Source: Mizuhopecten yessoensis
Lineage: Eukaryota
Direction: 5' to 3'
NCBI RefSeq assembly: GCF_002113885.1
Contig: NW_018480020.1
Coordinates: forward strand, 222,163 to 286,162
Length of the DNA: 64,000 nt
Below, piece after piece: positions 51,173 through 60,860 of the stretch. Position 1 is the first letter of the stretch. Every line of letters starts with the position of its first letter. The translations under genes were made by a program, and so were the position numbers. Under the pieces are notes generated by a model. That model had not been told where the DNA came from, searched no databases, and was given only the letters and a program-made list of their open reading frames with translations.

Positions 51173-51654
51173 GTATTTGATAGCCTTTAAATTTATAAAG
51201 AATGTTTATGTAGGAGGTTTGTGTATGAAAGCGTTTGGTTCCATAAGACAAACCTTTACACAAAGCATTGTTTTAGTACATTCACAAATCCTCCACCAAC
51301 GTGAGTAAATGTATTTTGCAAAGAGGTACTTCAGATGTATCTCATTTGTCATAACTTACGAATATTTCACACGAATACGCACATCTAAGAGAATGTTGCT
51401 TCACATGTACAATGTTTATCCAATCAAATATGACACTTGATCTTTTCCAATGTCTGCATACAGTTTTATATAAAACGTTGTATTGTTACATTATTTACAT
51501 ATATATTCTGTTATTTATTTTTTATTTTTTATATAATATTATATCTATATTGTTCGTAATTCACAACGTGAATTGTATAGTTGCAAATAGATATATACAT
51601 ATTTATACATTTATAATATATACTATGTATTTATATTACATACTGTTAGTTATT

Positions 51655-51990
51655 TAAGGATTAACTTGAATATATTTTTCATGTTATGGATATATAGCAC
51701 AAAAAAACGGAGTGTACTCTAAATAGACCGCGACGCTCCGGTTTTTTGTGCTATAGCCCCATAACATGAAAAATATATTCAAGTTAATCCTTATAATTTA
51801 ATCTACTTTACACAATCCCTGTGGAAATCCACTTTTATTGATGGACTCTTTTCTCTTAGAAATTATTGTGCTGCTGTATCAGCCAATTAAAAGCGACGTT
51901 ACAAACGGCGACGTCATTTTTTTACGTTATGGGCTGATAACATAAATTTGTAAGCCAATGAAAATGCTTGTTACAAGCAAGATTAAATTA
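51655..51990. repeat. Long hairpin (51655-51793) joined to a second TAATTTAATCT...AGATTAAATTA-bounded segment; probable non-autonomous element
   Basis: Arms TAAGGATTAACTTGAATATATTTTTCATGTTATGG...TATAGCACAAAAAA versus the near-perfect reverse complement. Confidence 0.7.
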
Positions 51991-53158
51991 TTGATAAATA
52001 ACATTTTTCACATTTGTAAGAATGTAACTTCATTCGATGTCATAGGTGTTGACTATGTTTTAAACTTCAATATTGATCCATAAAGCCAGGGGTCATATTT
52101 TTGGGTTGGATTGAGGACGTCTGTTACGAGGCGATGCTATTACGTCTTTGCTTATTGCAGAGTTATCTTCTGTGGTGAGCAAGTATTGCTTGTTACGTCA
52201 TTTGTTTGTGAGAGTAACGTCATCAATTTTTGAGAAAACGACGTAATTTTCTCGCACAAACCAATGACGTAACAATCAATACCTGCTCACAAGTGAAGAA
52301 CTCTGCAATACGCAAAGACGGAATACGAGAGAAAGAAATTGGATGTTGTAGATCGGTTGATTAAACTTGACGTGTTATTTAATGATAAAGGAATACCTAC
52401 TTAGCCGAACTTCGAAATATTACTGCGCGGGGCCTAGTATTATATACATTTTATATAGATGCTTAACTCGCCTAGAACAACTGAAACGGGCAAATCAGAA
52501 CAATGCCTCAGTAAATATTTTACATTCATAGGAAAGTTTGCTCATCGAATAATGTACAATGCTGTAAGATTTTTCTCAGTACGCCGAATATAGATAAAAA
52601 AAAAACACTGAAATTTTGCAAATTAGTAAAATGCCTCACATAAGCTATTACACCCATAGGAAAGTTAGCTAATTGAATCTTGTATAATGCTTTCACTGTA
52701 GTCTAGTATTTTTTTCTCAGTGTATGGAATATTTGTTTACAAACCATTATCCTGCAAATAATGTAATACACAGTCTCAACATGCTTTATGCCTTTTACAT
52801 GAGATTTGTATACATAATAAACAAGCGAAATAAAGAAAACTAATATATTTGCTCTTTTGTCTGGTATAATTATACTCAGCGTCCCGTATGGCACATAGGT
52901 CGTTAGGTCAATATTAGTAATGCGGTCCGTTTGCTACATGTTAGAGCCATTCCGTAATATTTATGTACTCGAATAGTCTGCAGCTTTTTCTTCTTTTGGA
53001 ATAAGCATGGGCAATGACTGGCCTGTTTGTTATGTACGAATTTAGATAGCCCAAGCTTATTTAACCCAAACATCTTGTAATAAAAAAAAATAACAACTCA
53101 TATGAGGGCTACCCTTTCTGGTCATTTCTACCAAGTTGCGTCTAATTCGGACATGGAG

Positions 53159-53517
53159 CATCCTCGATATCCAGGGGTTACGCTCAATAACGCTCTCTGA
53201 ACCCCTGGAATATGTCAAAGCAAGATTGAAGGCTCAGTGTGCGCCACCTTGTTGATGAGGCAAGAAGACTAGTTTGATCCTTTGATGTACATCAAAAGAA
53301 TCTAGCGGTCTTGTAACGGTAAATATTACTCGCTTTGAAGTCGGGCGTCGCTCCTCTGTAATCTTCAAGGGACAAGCTTCAGCCTAGTTATTGGTCAGGT
53401 GTTTTTTTTTTTATCTGACACCAATCAAATAGCTAGTCGCGTGCCTTCAATTTTGCTACGACATATTCCAGGGGTGTAGAGAGCGAAAGTGAGCGTAACC
53501 GCTGAATATCGAGGATG
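53159..53517. mobile_element. Full-length CATCCTCGA-TIR MITE
   Basis: CATCCTCGATATCCAGGGGTTACGCTCA ... TGAGCGTAACCGCTGAATATCGAGGATG; TSD degenerate. Confidence 0.85.
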
Positions 53518-54074
53518 CCATAGAGCCAAATGTGATTGAAATTCTGACTGTAAATTGAGATACAAATCATATAAAAGATAAAGGAATTACTATAAACAAA
53601 GTACAGGTATGCAACGCCTCCAATGACAACAATCACAAAATCGCCGAAATCGGAAAAAATATACGGGTTACACCCTTCCTATTGTTATATATCGATGCCG
53701 AGAGCAATATTACACCGTCGCTAAGCATACAACATCACTATTGTCTTTGGACCTTTTCTTGTATAGTTGCGGTAAATTGCGATGGGCGAGTTTCAGAAAT
53801 CAATTGAAATGTAAAGCGATGAAAGAAATGATTGCCGTCAAATCTGCAACCCCAAAAAATAACAACTTTTTGACTATCGTCCCTGCTTAACGAAATTCCT
53901 ACAAAAGTTCGGTTGAGTGAACAAAAGGCATTATGCAGCTAGGTTGTACTTTATATAAGAACGTATCAAATGGAAATATTTGTCATTGCTGATACCAACA
54001 AATGTAGCATATGAACTTATCACTCATGTCTCCAACATAGAAAAGAGGATGTATTCTAAGCCTCATTGTAAGTC

Positions 54075-54208
54075 GCATTATCTTGTACCTGCTCTTACCA
54101 GGCCATAAACCCCTTACAGCATTATCTTGTACCTGCTCTCACCGGGCCATAAACCCCTTACAGCATTATCTTGTACCTGCTCTCACCGGGCCATAAACCC
54201 CTTACAGC
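54075..54208. repeat. 44-bp tandem repeat x3
   Basis: GCATTATCTTGTACCTGCTCTYACCRGGCCATAAACCCCTTACA at 54075, 54119, 54163. Confidence 0.92.
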
Positions 54209-54525
54209 AACGGAGGTTAGATTACCACAGTTTCAGCATGACCTCCCTTATTCGGCTATTTTTTTTTTACAGTTTCCCCGCCATAACCAAAAATTTCAAA
54301 ATATCAGCTTTGACAATTCCCTTGTTGGTCTTTCCAGTGGCACCAGCAGTAACTTTAGATCCTAAACTAAGCACATGATTCATATACAGCTGTAAGGGGT
54401 GAAACGGCAACACATGAAGACTTACAATCTGCTTAAACAAGTAACGTAAACACCCAAACCTAATGCATAGTGCCAGATATATTCATTGGTACTGAATCCT
54501 GGCTAAACCCAAGTATTACTAGCAG

Positions 54526-55294
54526 CATCCTCGATACTCCAGAGGTTACGTTCACTTACGCTCTGCACCCCTGGAATATGTTATGGCAAAATTGAAGGCA
54601 CGCGGCTAGCTATTAGATTGGTCTCAGTTAAAAACACTGATAAAACACATGGTTGGCACCTGCGCATTGAAGATAAAAGAGGTGCAACGCCCGACTTCAA
54701 AGTCAGTTTTCCCGTTACGCTAACGGGGGATTCGTTCGATGTACATCAAGGTTTTCAAACTTGTCTTCTTCGTCTCATCTGCAAGGTGGCGCACACTGAG
54801 CCTTCGATTTTGTTATGATATATTCCATGGCATCCTCGATATCCAGGGGCTATGCTTACTTACGCTCTCTACACCCCTGGAATATGTCATGATGAAATTT
54901 GAAGGCACGAAGATAGCTGTTTGATTGGTCTCATGTAAAAAAAACCTGACCAATTGATAGGCTGATACCTCTCCTTTGAAGATTACAAAGGAGAGAAGCC
55001 CGCTTTCAAAGCCTTTCAATTTTTACCGTTACGTGACCGCGAGATTCTTTTGATGTACATCAAAGGATCGAACTAGTCTTCTTGTCTCATCAACAAGGTG
55101 GCGCACGCCGAGCCTTCAATTTTGCCATGACATATTCCAGGGGTGTAGAGAGCGAAAGTGAGCGTAACCCCTGGATATCGAGGATGATTCCATGGATGCA
55201 GATAGCGAAACTGAGTGTAACCCCTGGAATATCGAGGATGATTCCATGGATGCAGAGAGCGAAAGTGAGCGTAACCCCTGGAATATCGAGGATG
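54526..55294. mobile_element. Nested pair of CATCCTCGA MITEs (inner 54831-55186) with duplicated 54-bp terminus
   Basis: Inner TSD ATTCCATGG perfect (54822-54830 / 55187-55195); outer TSD TACTAGCAG / TAGTAGCAG. Confidence 0.85.
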
Positions 55295-55478
55295 TAGTAG
55301 CAGTAGAATACGACTAAATCCTTTTTAATGTTAACCATGAAAACACACCAAACATCCGACATAAGATGTGATTGATGGCGTACTTTTGGTCATAAGATCA
55401 GAATACGTAAGTGACCAGGTGTGTGAACTACTTTTAGATGATGCTACCGAGTTAGTTTAGGCCAAAATGGATACGATG

Positions 55479-55656
55479 CGCCAATAAGGAATGACACCGT
55501 GTTCTGATGGTAAAGACTTTATGTAACACAACACACAATAACCACATGTTACAACAAAATGGAATCAAGCCGGAAGAGGAAGTGCCCAGCATGGGGCCGC
55601 TTAGAAGTCAGTGACGAGGCCGCTTGATATAAGAGAAAGAAAATAACGTACTGGCG
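55479..55656 (-). repeat. 3' LTR
   Basis: Direct repeat of 60683-60860. Confidence 0.95.
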
Positions 55657-55905
55657 TGATTGCCTTTATCTCTAATATGTCCTTTTGAGATAATAACTAA
55701 TCCTATATTAATGGCACAAGTATTCATGAAAACGAAGAAGGTGAACACTCAATACAATAAGAAAACGATAACTAGGGTGCAGTGTATCTGTCCCGTAACC
55801 TGTCCTTTGCAAAATACATGTCTATACATGTACTAATAACACACAAAGTAGGTCAGTAAATGATAGCAGTACTGAAAAAAGGTCACAGTTCACACAACGG
55901 TTTCA

Positions 55906-57657
55906 TCAGCTGAGGTCCCAATCCTGGTTTTGCAAATGAGGAGTAGTACAAGAGCGGGTCGATCGACGAAGTGGAGACTCTGGCACACTTTGCGGAACAG
56001 AAGTCATCGGATCAGACGTATCGGGAACGGAGATGATAGCATCAGGTACAGGAGGCTGTGCAGGCGCGGGAGGCTGAGCCAACACAAGAGGTACTGGCAA
56101 GACCGGTTGCAGGTGTAGCGGCTGATGAGAAGTAACTGTAGGGGGCATTTGAGGAGGACACGACCGGTGACCAAATGTCAGAGCAGGGCGTGGGGGAATT
56201 AAGCCACACGGGTCATCGTCAGAGTCAGAGTCTAAAGTTTCATCTGATACTTGACCTCTGATGGGTCCCTGAGGCGACTGCACAAGAATTGTTGGTAGTA
56301 CTGGGTAACACTGCGACATGGGTACGGTGTACACCTTACTACGGTACTGCGAACTGGTAAACTTCCGTAGCTGGCACGTATGATCATTGACAATGTGAAC
56401 GACAAGACATTTTTCGTGTACTTTGGTTTTGTTCTTATCACACATGAGAAAGACTAAGTCGCCGACGGAAATACTACTATGGCGTATTTTCATGGTCCCA
56501 CCGGCTTTGGTTATGGCCCTAGGTACGTGGTTCTGTTCACGAGACAAACTCTGTCTGTGGATGATCTGCCGATCGATAATAGGTAACTGCTCTCCAGTAA
56601 GCTGGTCTCTTTGAGTCCAGAGTTCGCGAGAAGAGAGACCATCACGCCGAATCCGCGAATTCATCTGAGCAGTGGCGAGGGCTAAAGTGACTGCCGAGAC
56701 AGTGCCTCCCTCTGGGGATAGGTGAAGAATCTCCAACCCAAGTTCCTCTACTGCACGCTCCGCGACTGGGTTCTTATTGGTGTTCTTCACTCTCCCAATC
56801 TCAAGGTGAATGCCATAGGAGAGAAGAATTTTGTCTTTCTGGAGGGCGCAGAAGCCAGGAGCTGGATCAACACGAATGGTAATGCCACCGTCGCATAATG
56901 AGCGTAGCTCCGCGGACATAATCAGGAGAGCGTTTCGAAGATCGTCATGCTTCTCGGTAGGGATCAATGAGGCTAATGTGTATGATGAAACCGTCTCTCT
57001 CAAAACTAAAATGTATTGACGGTAACGACGCATCACGTCCGCAGCAAATGTCACTCCGACTGAGGTGGGTGCCTCAACGGAAGACTGAGGCTGAAAGTGC
57101 TTTGGAAAAGACTTTACAGACTGACAGAAATGGCAGGCAGAAGACACAGATGTATTGGCCTTGTCAACGTCCAGGGCAAAGAAGTACCTATTGAAAAGGC
57201 GCTTAGTCTGATATTTAGACGGGTGGCTGAATCGGATATGCAAGGCTGTCAATAACCCATCAAGGGCCGTGCGTGGAACAACAATACGTTCGCGTGTAGG
57301 TTGGAACGGTTGAGAGTCTCTAACGACAAGCAGGCCGTCGGAAGCTATAACAACGTCCCTGAGGTAGCGCTTGACATCAGGGATCTTGGTGGCCTTCTTA
57401 GAAGGACGAGTACCTTGGCTGAGTTGAGAGTGCACGCGTCGTAAGTCTGGACACTCATGTTGTGTTGCGAGCCATGCGGCGCGGCTGGTAAACGGCATGT
57501 GGATTGTCAGTTCAAGAACATCATTCACAGATACATCGCGGACGACAGAATCTTCCATTTCTGCTATAAACTTGCAAACCTGACATGAAGAGTCGAGACA
57601 TTCGATGGGGTTCCTGCTGGCAAAGTCGGATGGGAGATTGGCGATTCCTGCGATATG
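55906..57657 (-). CDS. Pol C-terminal part: end of RNase H region and integrase (HHCC + DDE) with Pro-rich tail
   Basis: HIAGIANLPSDFASR (RH end), HIRFSH...CHFC zinc finger, FAADV / RVDPA / NPVAERAVEE catalytic residues. Confidence 0.88.
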   Translation of the reverse strand, partial: HIAGIANLPSDFASRNPIECLDSSCQVCKFIAEMEDSVVRDVSVNDVLELTIHMPFTSRAAWLATQHECPDLRRVHSQLSQGTRPSKKATKIPDVKRYLRDVVIASDGLLVVRDSQPFQPTRERIVVPRTALDGLLTALHIRFSHPSKYQTKRLFNRYFFALDVDKANTSVSSACHFCQSVKSFPKHFQPQSSVEAPTSVGVTFAADVMRRYRQYILVLRETVSSYTLASLIPTEKHDDLRNALLIMSAELRSLCDGGITIRVDPAPGFCALQKDKILLSYGIHLEIGRVKNTNKNPVAERAVEELGLEILHLSPEGGTVSAVTLALATAQMNSRIRRDGLSSRELWTQRDQLTGEQLPIIDRQIIHRQSLSREQNHVPRAITKAGGTMKIRHSSISVGDLVFLMCDKNKTKVHEKCLVVHIVNDHTCQLRKFTSSQYRSKVYTVPMSQCYPVLPTILVQSPQGPIRGQVSDETLDSDSDDDPCGLIPPRPALTFGHRSCPPQMPPTVTSHQPLHLQPVLPVPLVLAQPPAPAQPPVPDAIISVPDTSDPMTSVPQSVPESPLRRSTRSCTTPHLQNQDWDLS

Positions 57658-57690
57658 NNNNNNNNNNNNNNNNNNNNNNNNNNNNNNNNN
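57658..57690. other. Assembly gap inside pol (most of RNase H missing)
   Basis: 33 N between RT thumb (PATVQGLRS) and HIAGIAN. Confidence 0.95.
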
Positions 57691-58670
57691 ATGAGCGTAG
57701 GCCCTGTACAGTAGCAGGGGGTTCAGTAGCTGATAAAGCCGCCACTTTGTGGGGGCTAGCCTGTAGAGTTCCATTGGACCAAATCCAGCCTAGGACAACC
57801 GCCCTTTTCGGGCAAACTACAGTCTTGGACGCTGACAAACGAAGGTTCTTCTTTTGTAGTAAGAGAAGGACACGTCGCCAATTGAGAAGAATCTCCTCAT
57901 GGGTTTGGCCACCGATGTACAAGTCGTCAGCAATTTTGGCAACACAGCCTTCCTGGATCAGATCACCAAGGATCCTGGACATGAGCTCTTCGAGACAGGT
58001 TTCAGATCCGGGCATGCCCATGGCGGAACTAGTGTACACACGTATGCCCTTGAATGGAGTAGCGACGCCGCAGTACTTCATGGATGACGTTGCCAAAGGA
58101 ATTTGGTAAAAGGCCTTAGCTAAGTCAGTAATGATCAAAAGGCTCCATTTACCAATTTCACGCAAAACACCATCAACGTTGGGCATTAGCGAAGGTTGCG
58201 GCTTGCTGTACTGAGCAAACTCACAAAATGAAGTAACAAGTCTGGTTCCACCATTGGGTTTCCGTATCAATAAGGAAGTGTTGAGATATTCAACCTGGAC
58301 ATTGACCTGCTCAGGCCTAGCGAAGACACCCATTGACTCCAAATCATCAAACTTTGCCTGTAACTCCTCCATGGTGCCCCTGTTGTATTGGGGAAGTCGT
58401 CCTTTACGCTGAGGAGGGAGAGGTGGACCCATATTCACAACAGCTTCGATAGGTCCACTCGCGCCGTTATACTTGGAAATGGAGGGGTTGAAAACATCAT
58501 CAAACTCGGTGTGGAGTGACTTGAATCTATCGCGGATGGTTGAGTCTAAACAGGAGTCGGGGTCAACGACGACATCACGTGAAAAGGGCTTTGCATTGGT
58601 AGAAGGCGTATCACGTACACTGGTGGAAGGTAGGGGGTCATATGGTACGGACTTTATAGGAGTACTGGTA
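57691..58670 (-). CDS. Reverse transcriptase region of pol
   Basis: RKPNGGTRLV, TDLAKAFYQIPL, AMGMPGS, KIADDLYIGG, VLGWIW. The frame stays open upstream of the listed start back to ~58670. Confidence 0.9.
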
Positions 58671-60354
58671 ACGGTCTAATTTGGCAAAGCTGTTCACCAC
58701 TTTTCAGCACAATAGGCGAGTCAGTAGAATTGATGATACGCACTGTATGATCCACGGAGAGAATGTCTTGTGGTGGAGGCCAGGCCTCCTCGCATGAGGA
58801 ATGCACATTAGAAGGACTGTCCAATCTAGGCTCAAAGGCCCAAACTGCGTCGGGCTCCAAATCGCATGGTGTAGAGAGCTGAAGGTATTCACCAGGTAAA
58901 ACCACAGTGCGTTTGGGATTGCGTAGTAGGAAAGCCTGGGTACGTCGCACGCTGGAATGTGAAGATCGACTAGGTGAACCGCCGTTATTGATAACCTCAG
59001 TACCATTTATCACGATCTGCCGTTTCGCTGGGCGAACGCCAATGTCATTTCGGGACATAAACGGGTTTCCTGCCAGAATATCGACATCCAACTGTCGCAC
59101 AACTAGAGCATCGAGCTCAAAGTTAAGTTTTCCTCGAGTGATGGAGCAGTGCACTTCTCCTACAACATCCATGGGAGTAACACCGTCTGCCTGACGAGCG
59201 ACCTGGGACGCTGGGGTAATTGGAAAACCAAACATACGGGCAGCAGATGCCCGGACCATGTTAGATGTAGCGCCGGTGTCCAATGTCAGCTTTACAGGGT
59301 GTTCATTGAAAAATGTAAGGAGAACCGGGGATTGAACGATGCTCACACGGTGGGCGACAGGCCCTTCAACGCTCATTGACTGAGCGATGCTGTCGAAATC
59401 AGAGTCTATGACTTCATTTTCTTCCTCGTGACAGGATTCGGCATCACCCTCGGTCACAAGACGCGAGCGACTTATGGACTTCCTGTCACGTTCAGGAAGG
59501 AAGCGACAATTCATGAGATCATGTGTGGTATAGGGTCGGTTGGCTGTTTTGCATAAGATGCATGACAATGCGGGTCTCTGCCGTGATCTGTCCTTACTCT
59601 TGAAACCGTACCCCTTTGAGAATGTGTTGCTGACACGCATAGCCTTGGTATCCTCTATACAGCGGAGCTCATCGAGGAGAGAACTGAGGGCCTGAGAAAT
59701 TTCAGGCTTTAAGGAGGCGAGTGACTTATTACGAAGCTCAGAACCATATTTCTGCTTCACAAGAATGGGTAGGCCTGGATGAACGAGTTGGAGCCATATG
59801 ACAACAATGGTGTTCTCCAGAGTGGGAGTAAGATCCTCGTCTACCTCAACAGCTTCACCGTGATGTGTAACGCCGCAGTTGGCAGTAAGTAAATTGTCCT
59901 CAAAAAATGCTGTAAGCCGTTGGAACAGATCCTCAGGTCTTTCGTCTGGCTGTAAAGATATGCTCGACAAATCTAGAAAGTGAGCACCGGTGGACTGGAA
60001 GCCGTAGTGTTGTCTGGTTTTTTGCCGGACATCATTTAGGGAAAGTGAGCATTTTACTATGGAGTTTCTTGAGATGACGGGGCAAAAATTGGCAATCTGC
60101 CCTAACATTAGGTCTAGGTGGGCATTTTTCTGAGCGGCGGTCAATCGCTGGTCTGCCGGGATGGGGTCGTTATCATTAGTGAAACCGCTATGGGGGTTTG
60201 TAGCGGTTTTCTTTTGCCATGTTGCCTCTAGGCAAGGAACAAAATTCTTGTCCAGTGAAATAATATACACAAGGTTCTGTCGCCAACCTTCATACGATGC
60301 TATTGTCTCATGCTTTGTTAATTGCCATTGTTTGGGGGATCTTGGGGCAGCCAT
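58654..60354 (-). CDS. Gag-protease ORF
   Basis: 566-aa ORF; Cys/His knuckle CILC...H...C; aspartic protease LTLDTGATSN and ILAGNPF. Confidence 0.88.
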   Translation of the reverse strand: MAAPRSPKQWQLTKHETIASYEGWRQNLVYIISLDKNFVPCLEATWQKKTATNPHSGFTNDNDPIPADQRLTAAQKNAHLDLMLGQIANFCPVISRNSIVKCSLSLNDVRQKTRQHYGFQSTGAHFLDLSSISLQPDERPEDLFQRLTAFFEDNLLTANCGVTHHGEAVEVDEDLTPTLENTIVVIWLQLVHPGLPILVKQKYGSELRNKSLASLKPEISQALSSLLDELRCIEDTKAMRVSNTFSKGYGFKSKDRSRQRPALSCILCKTANRPYTTHDLMNCRFLPERDRKSISRSRLVTEGDAESCHEEENEVIDSDFDSIAQSMSVEGPVAHRVSIVQSPVLLTFFNEHPVKLTLDTGATSNMVRASAARMFGFPITPASQVARQADGVTPMDVVGEVHCSITRGKLNFELDALVVRQLDVDILAGNPFMSRNDIGVRPAKRQIVINGTEVINNGGSPSRSSHSSVRRTQAFLLRNPKRTVVLPGEYLQLSTPCDLEPDAVWAFEPRLDSPSNVHSSCEEAWPPPQDILSVDHTVRIINSTDSPIVLKSGEQLCQIRPLPVLL

Positions 60355-60671
60355 GTCGCTATATCACACTAAATGGTATTGATATGATCAGGATGATGAA
60401 ATGAACACACAAAAATACAGACACAATTCACGATCGTGTTGAATACATAAAATAAAGGACGAATTGGATCACAGTTCACAAGAAAAAACAGCGGGTATGA
60501 CGTGGAATGAATGAAAATTCTTATTTGATTATGTGAATCCTGTAGGCCCTAACGTTCCGAGCCCCTATGTAAACGCGGTTGTTGTTGACGTTACAGCCTT
60601 CACTTTAAAGTACAGATGTCACGATGTTGGTTGACTACACGTTCATTAGAGTCTTCTAGGCATGGGTAATG

Positions 60672-60682
60672 CGCTGCCACCA
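60672..60682 (-). promoter_or_regulatory. Primer-binding site complementary to tRNA-Leu 3' end
   Basis: Minus strand TGGTGGCAGCG immediately after the 5' LTR; complementary to ...CGCTGCCACCA-3'. Confidence 0.8.
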
Positions 60683-60860
60683 CGCCAATAAGGAATGACA
60701 CCGTGTTCTGATGGTAAAGACTTTATGTAACACAACGCACAATAACCACATGTTACAACAAAATGGAATCAAGCCGGAAGAGGAAGTGCCCAGCATGGGG
60801 CCGCTTAGAAGTCAGTGACGAGGCCGCTTGATATAAGAGAAAGAAAATAACGTACTGGCG
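60683..60860 (-). repeat. 5' LTR
   Basis: Direct repeat of 55479-55656, followed on the minus strand by the PBS. Confidence 0.95.

Larger units (their letters stand above)
55479..60860 (-). mobile_element. Full-length Gypsy-like LTR retrotransposon, Troyka-like
   Basis: 178-bp LTRs at 55479-55656 and 60683-60860 (1 mismatch seen); termini CGCCA...TGGCG; ATG on both flanks (3-bp TSD); gag-PR-RT-(gap)-IN order. Confidence 0.93.

Noticed and set aside
47595-51263. Many long His/Cys/Pro-rich ORFs (e.g. ASHHLPKLQC repeats) on both strands
   Set aside because: Translations of the minisatellite in overlapping frames; unit lengths of 30-33 bp constantly shift frame; no splice or codon support.
57658-57690. 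Retroelement naturally lacking RNase H
   Set aside because: The missing region coincides with an N gap of uncertain true size.
55479-60860. Steamer element (similar LTR length and Leu PBS)
   Set aside because: CG termini, 3-bp TSD and IADD motif do not fit Steamer/Mag-type elements, which as I recall have TG...CA ends and 5-bp TSDs.
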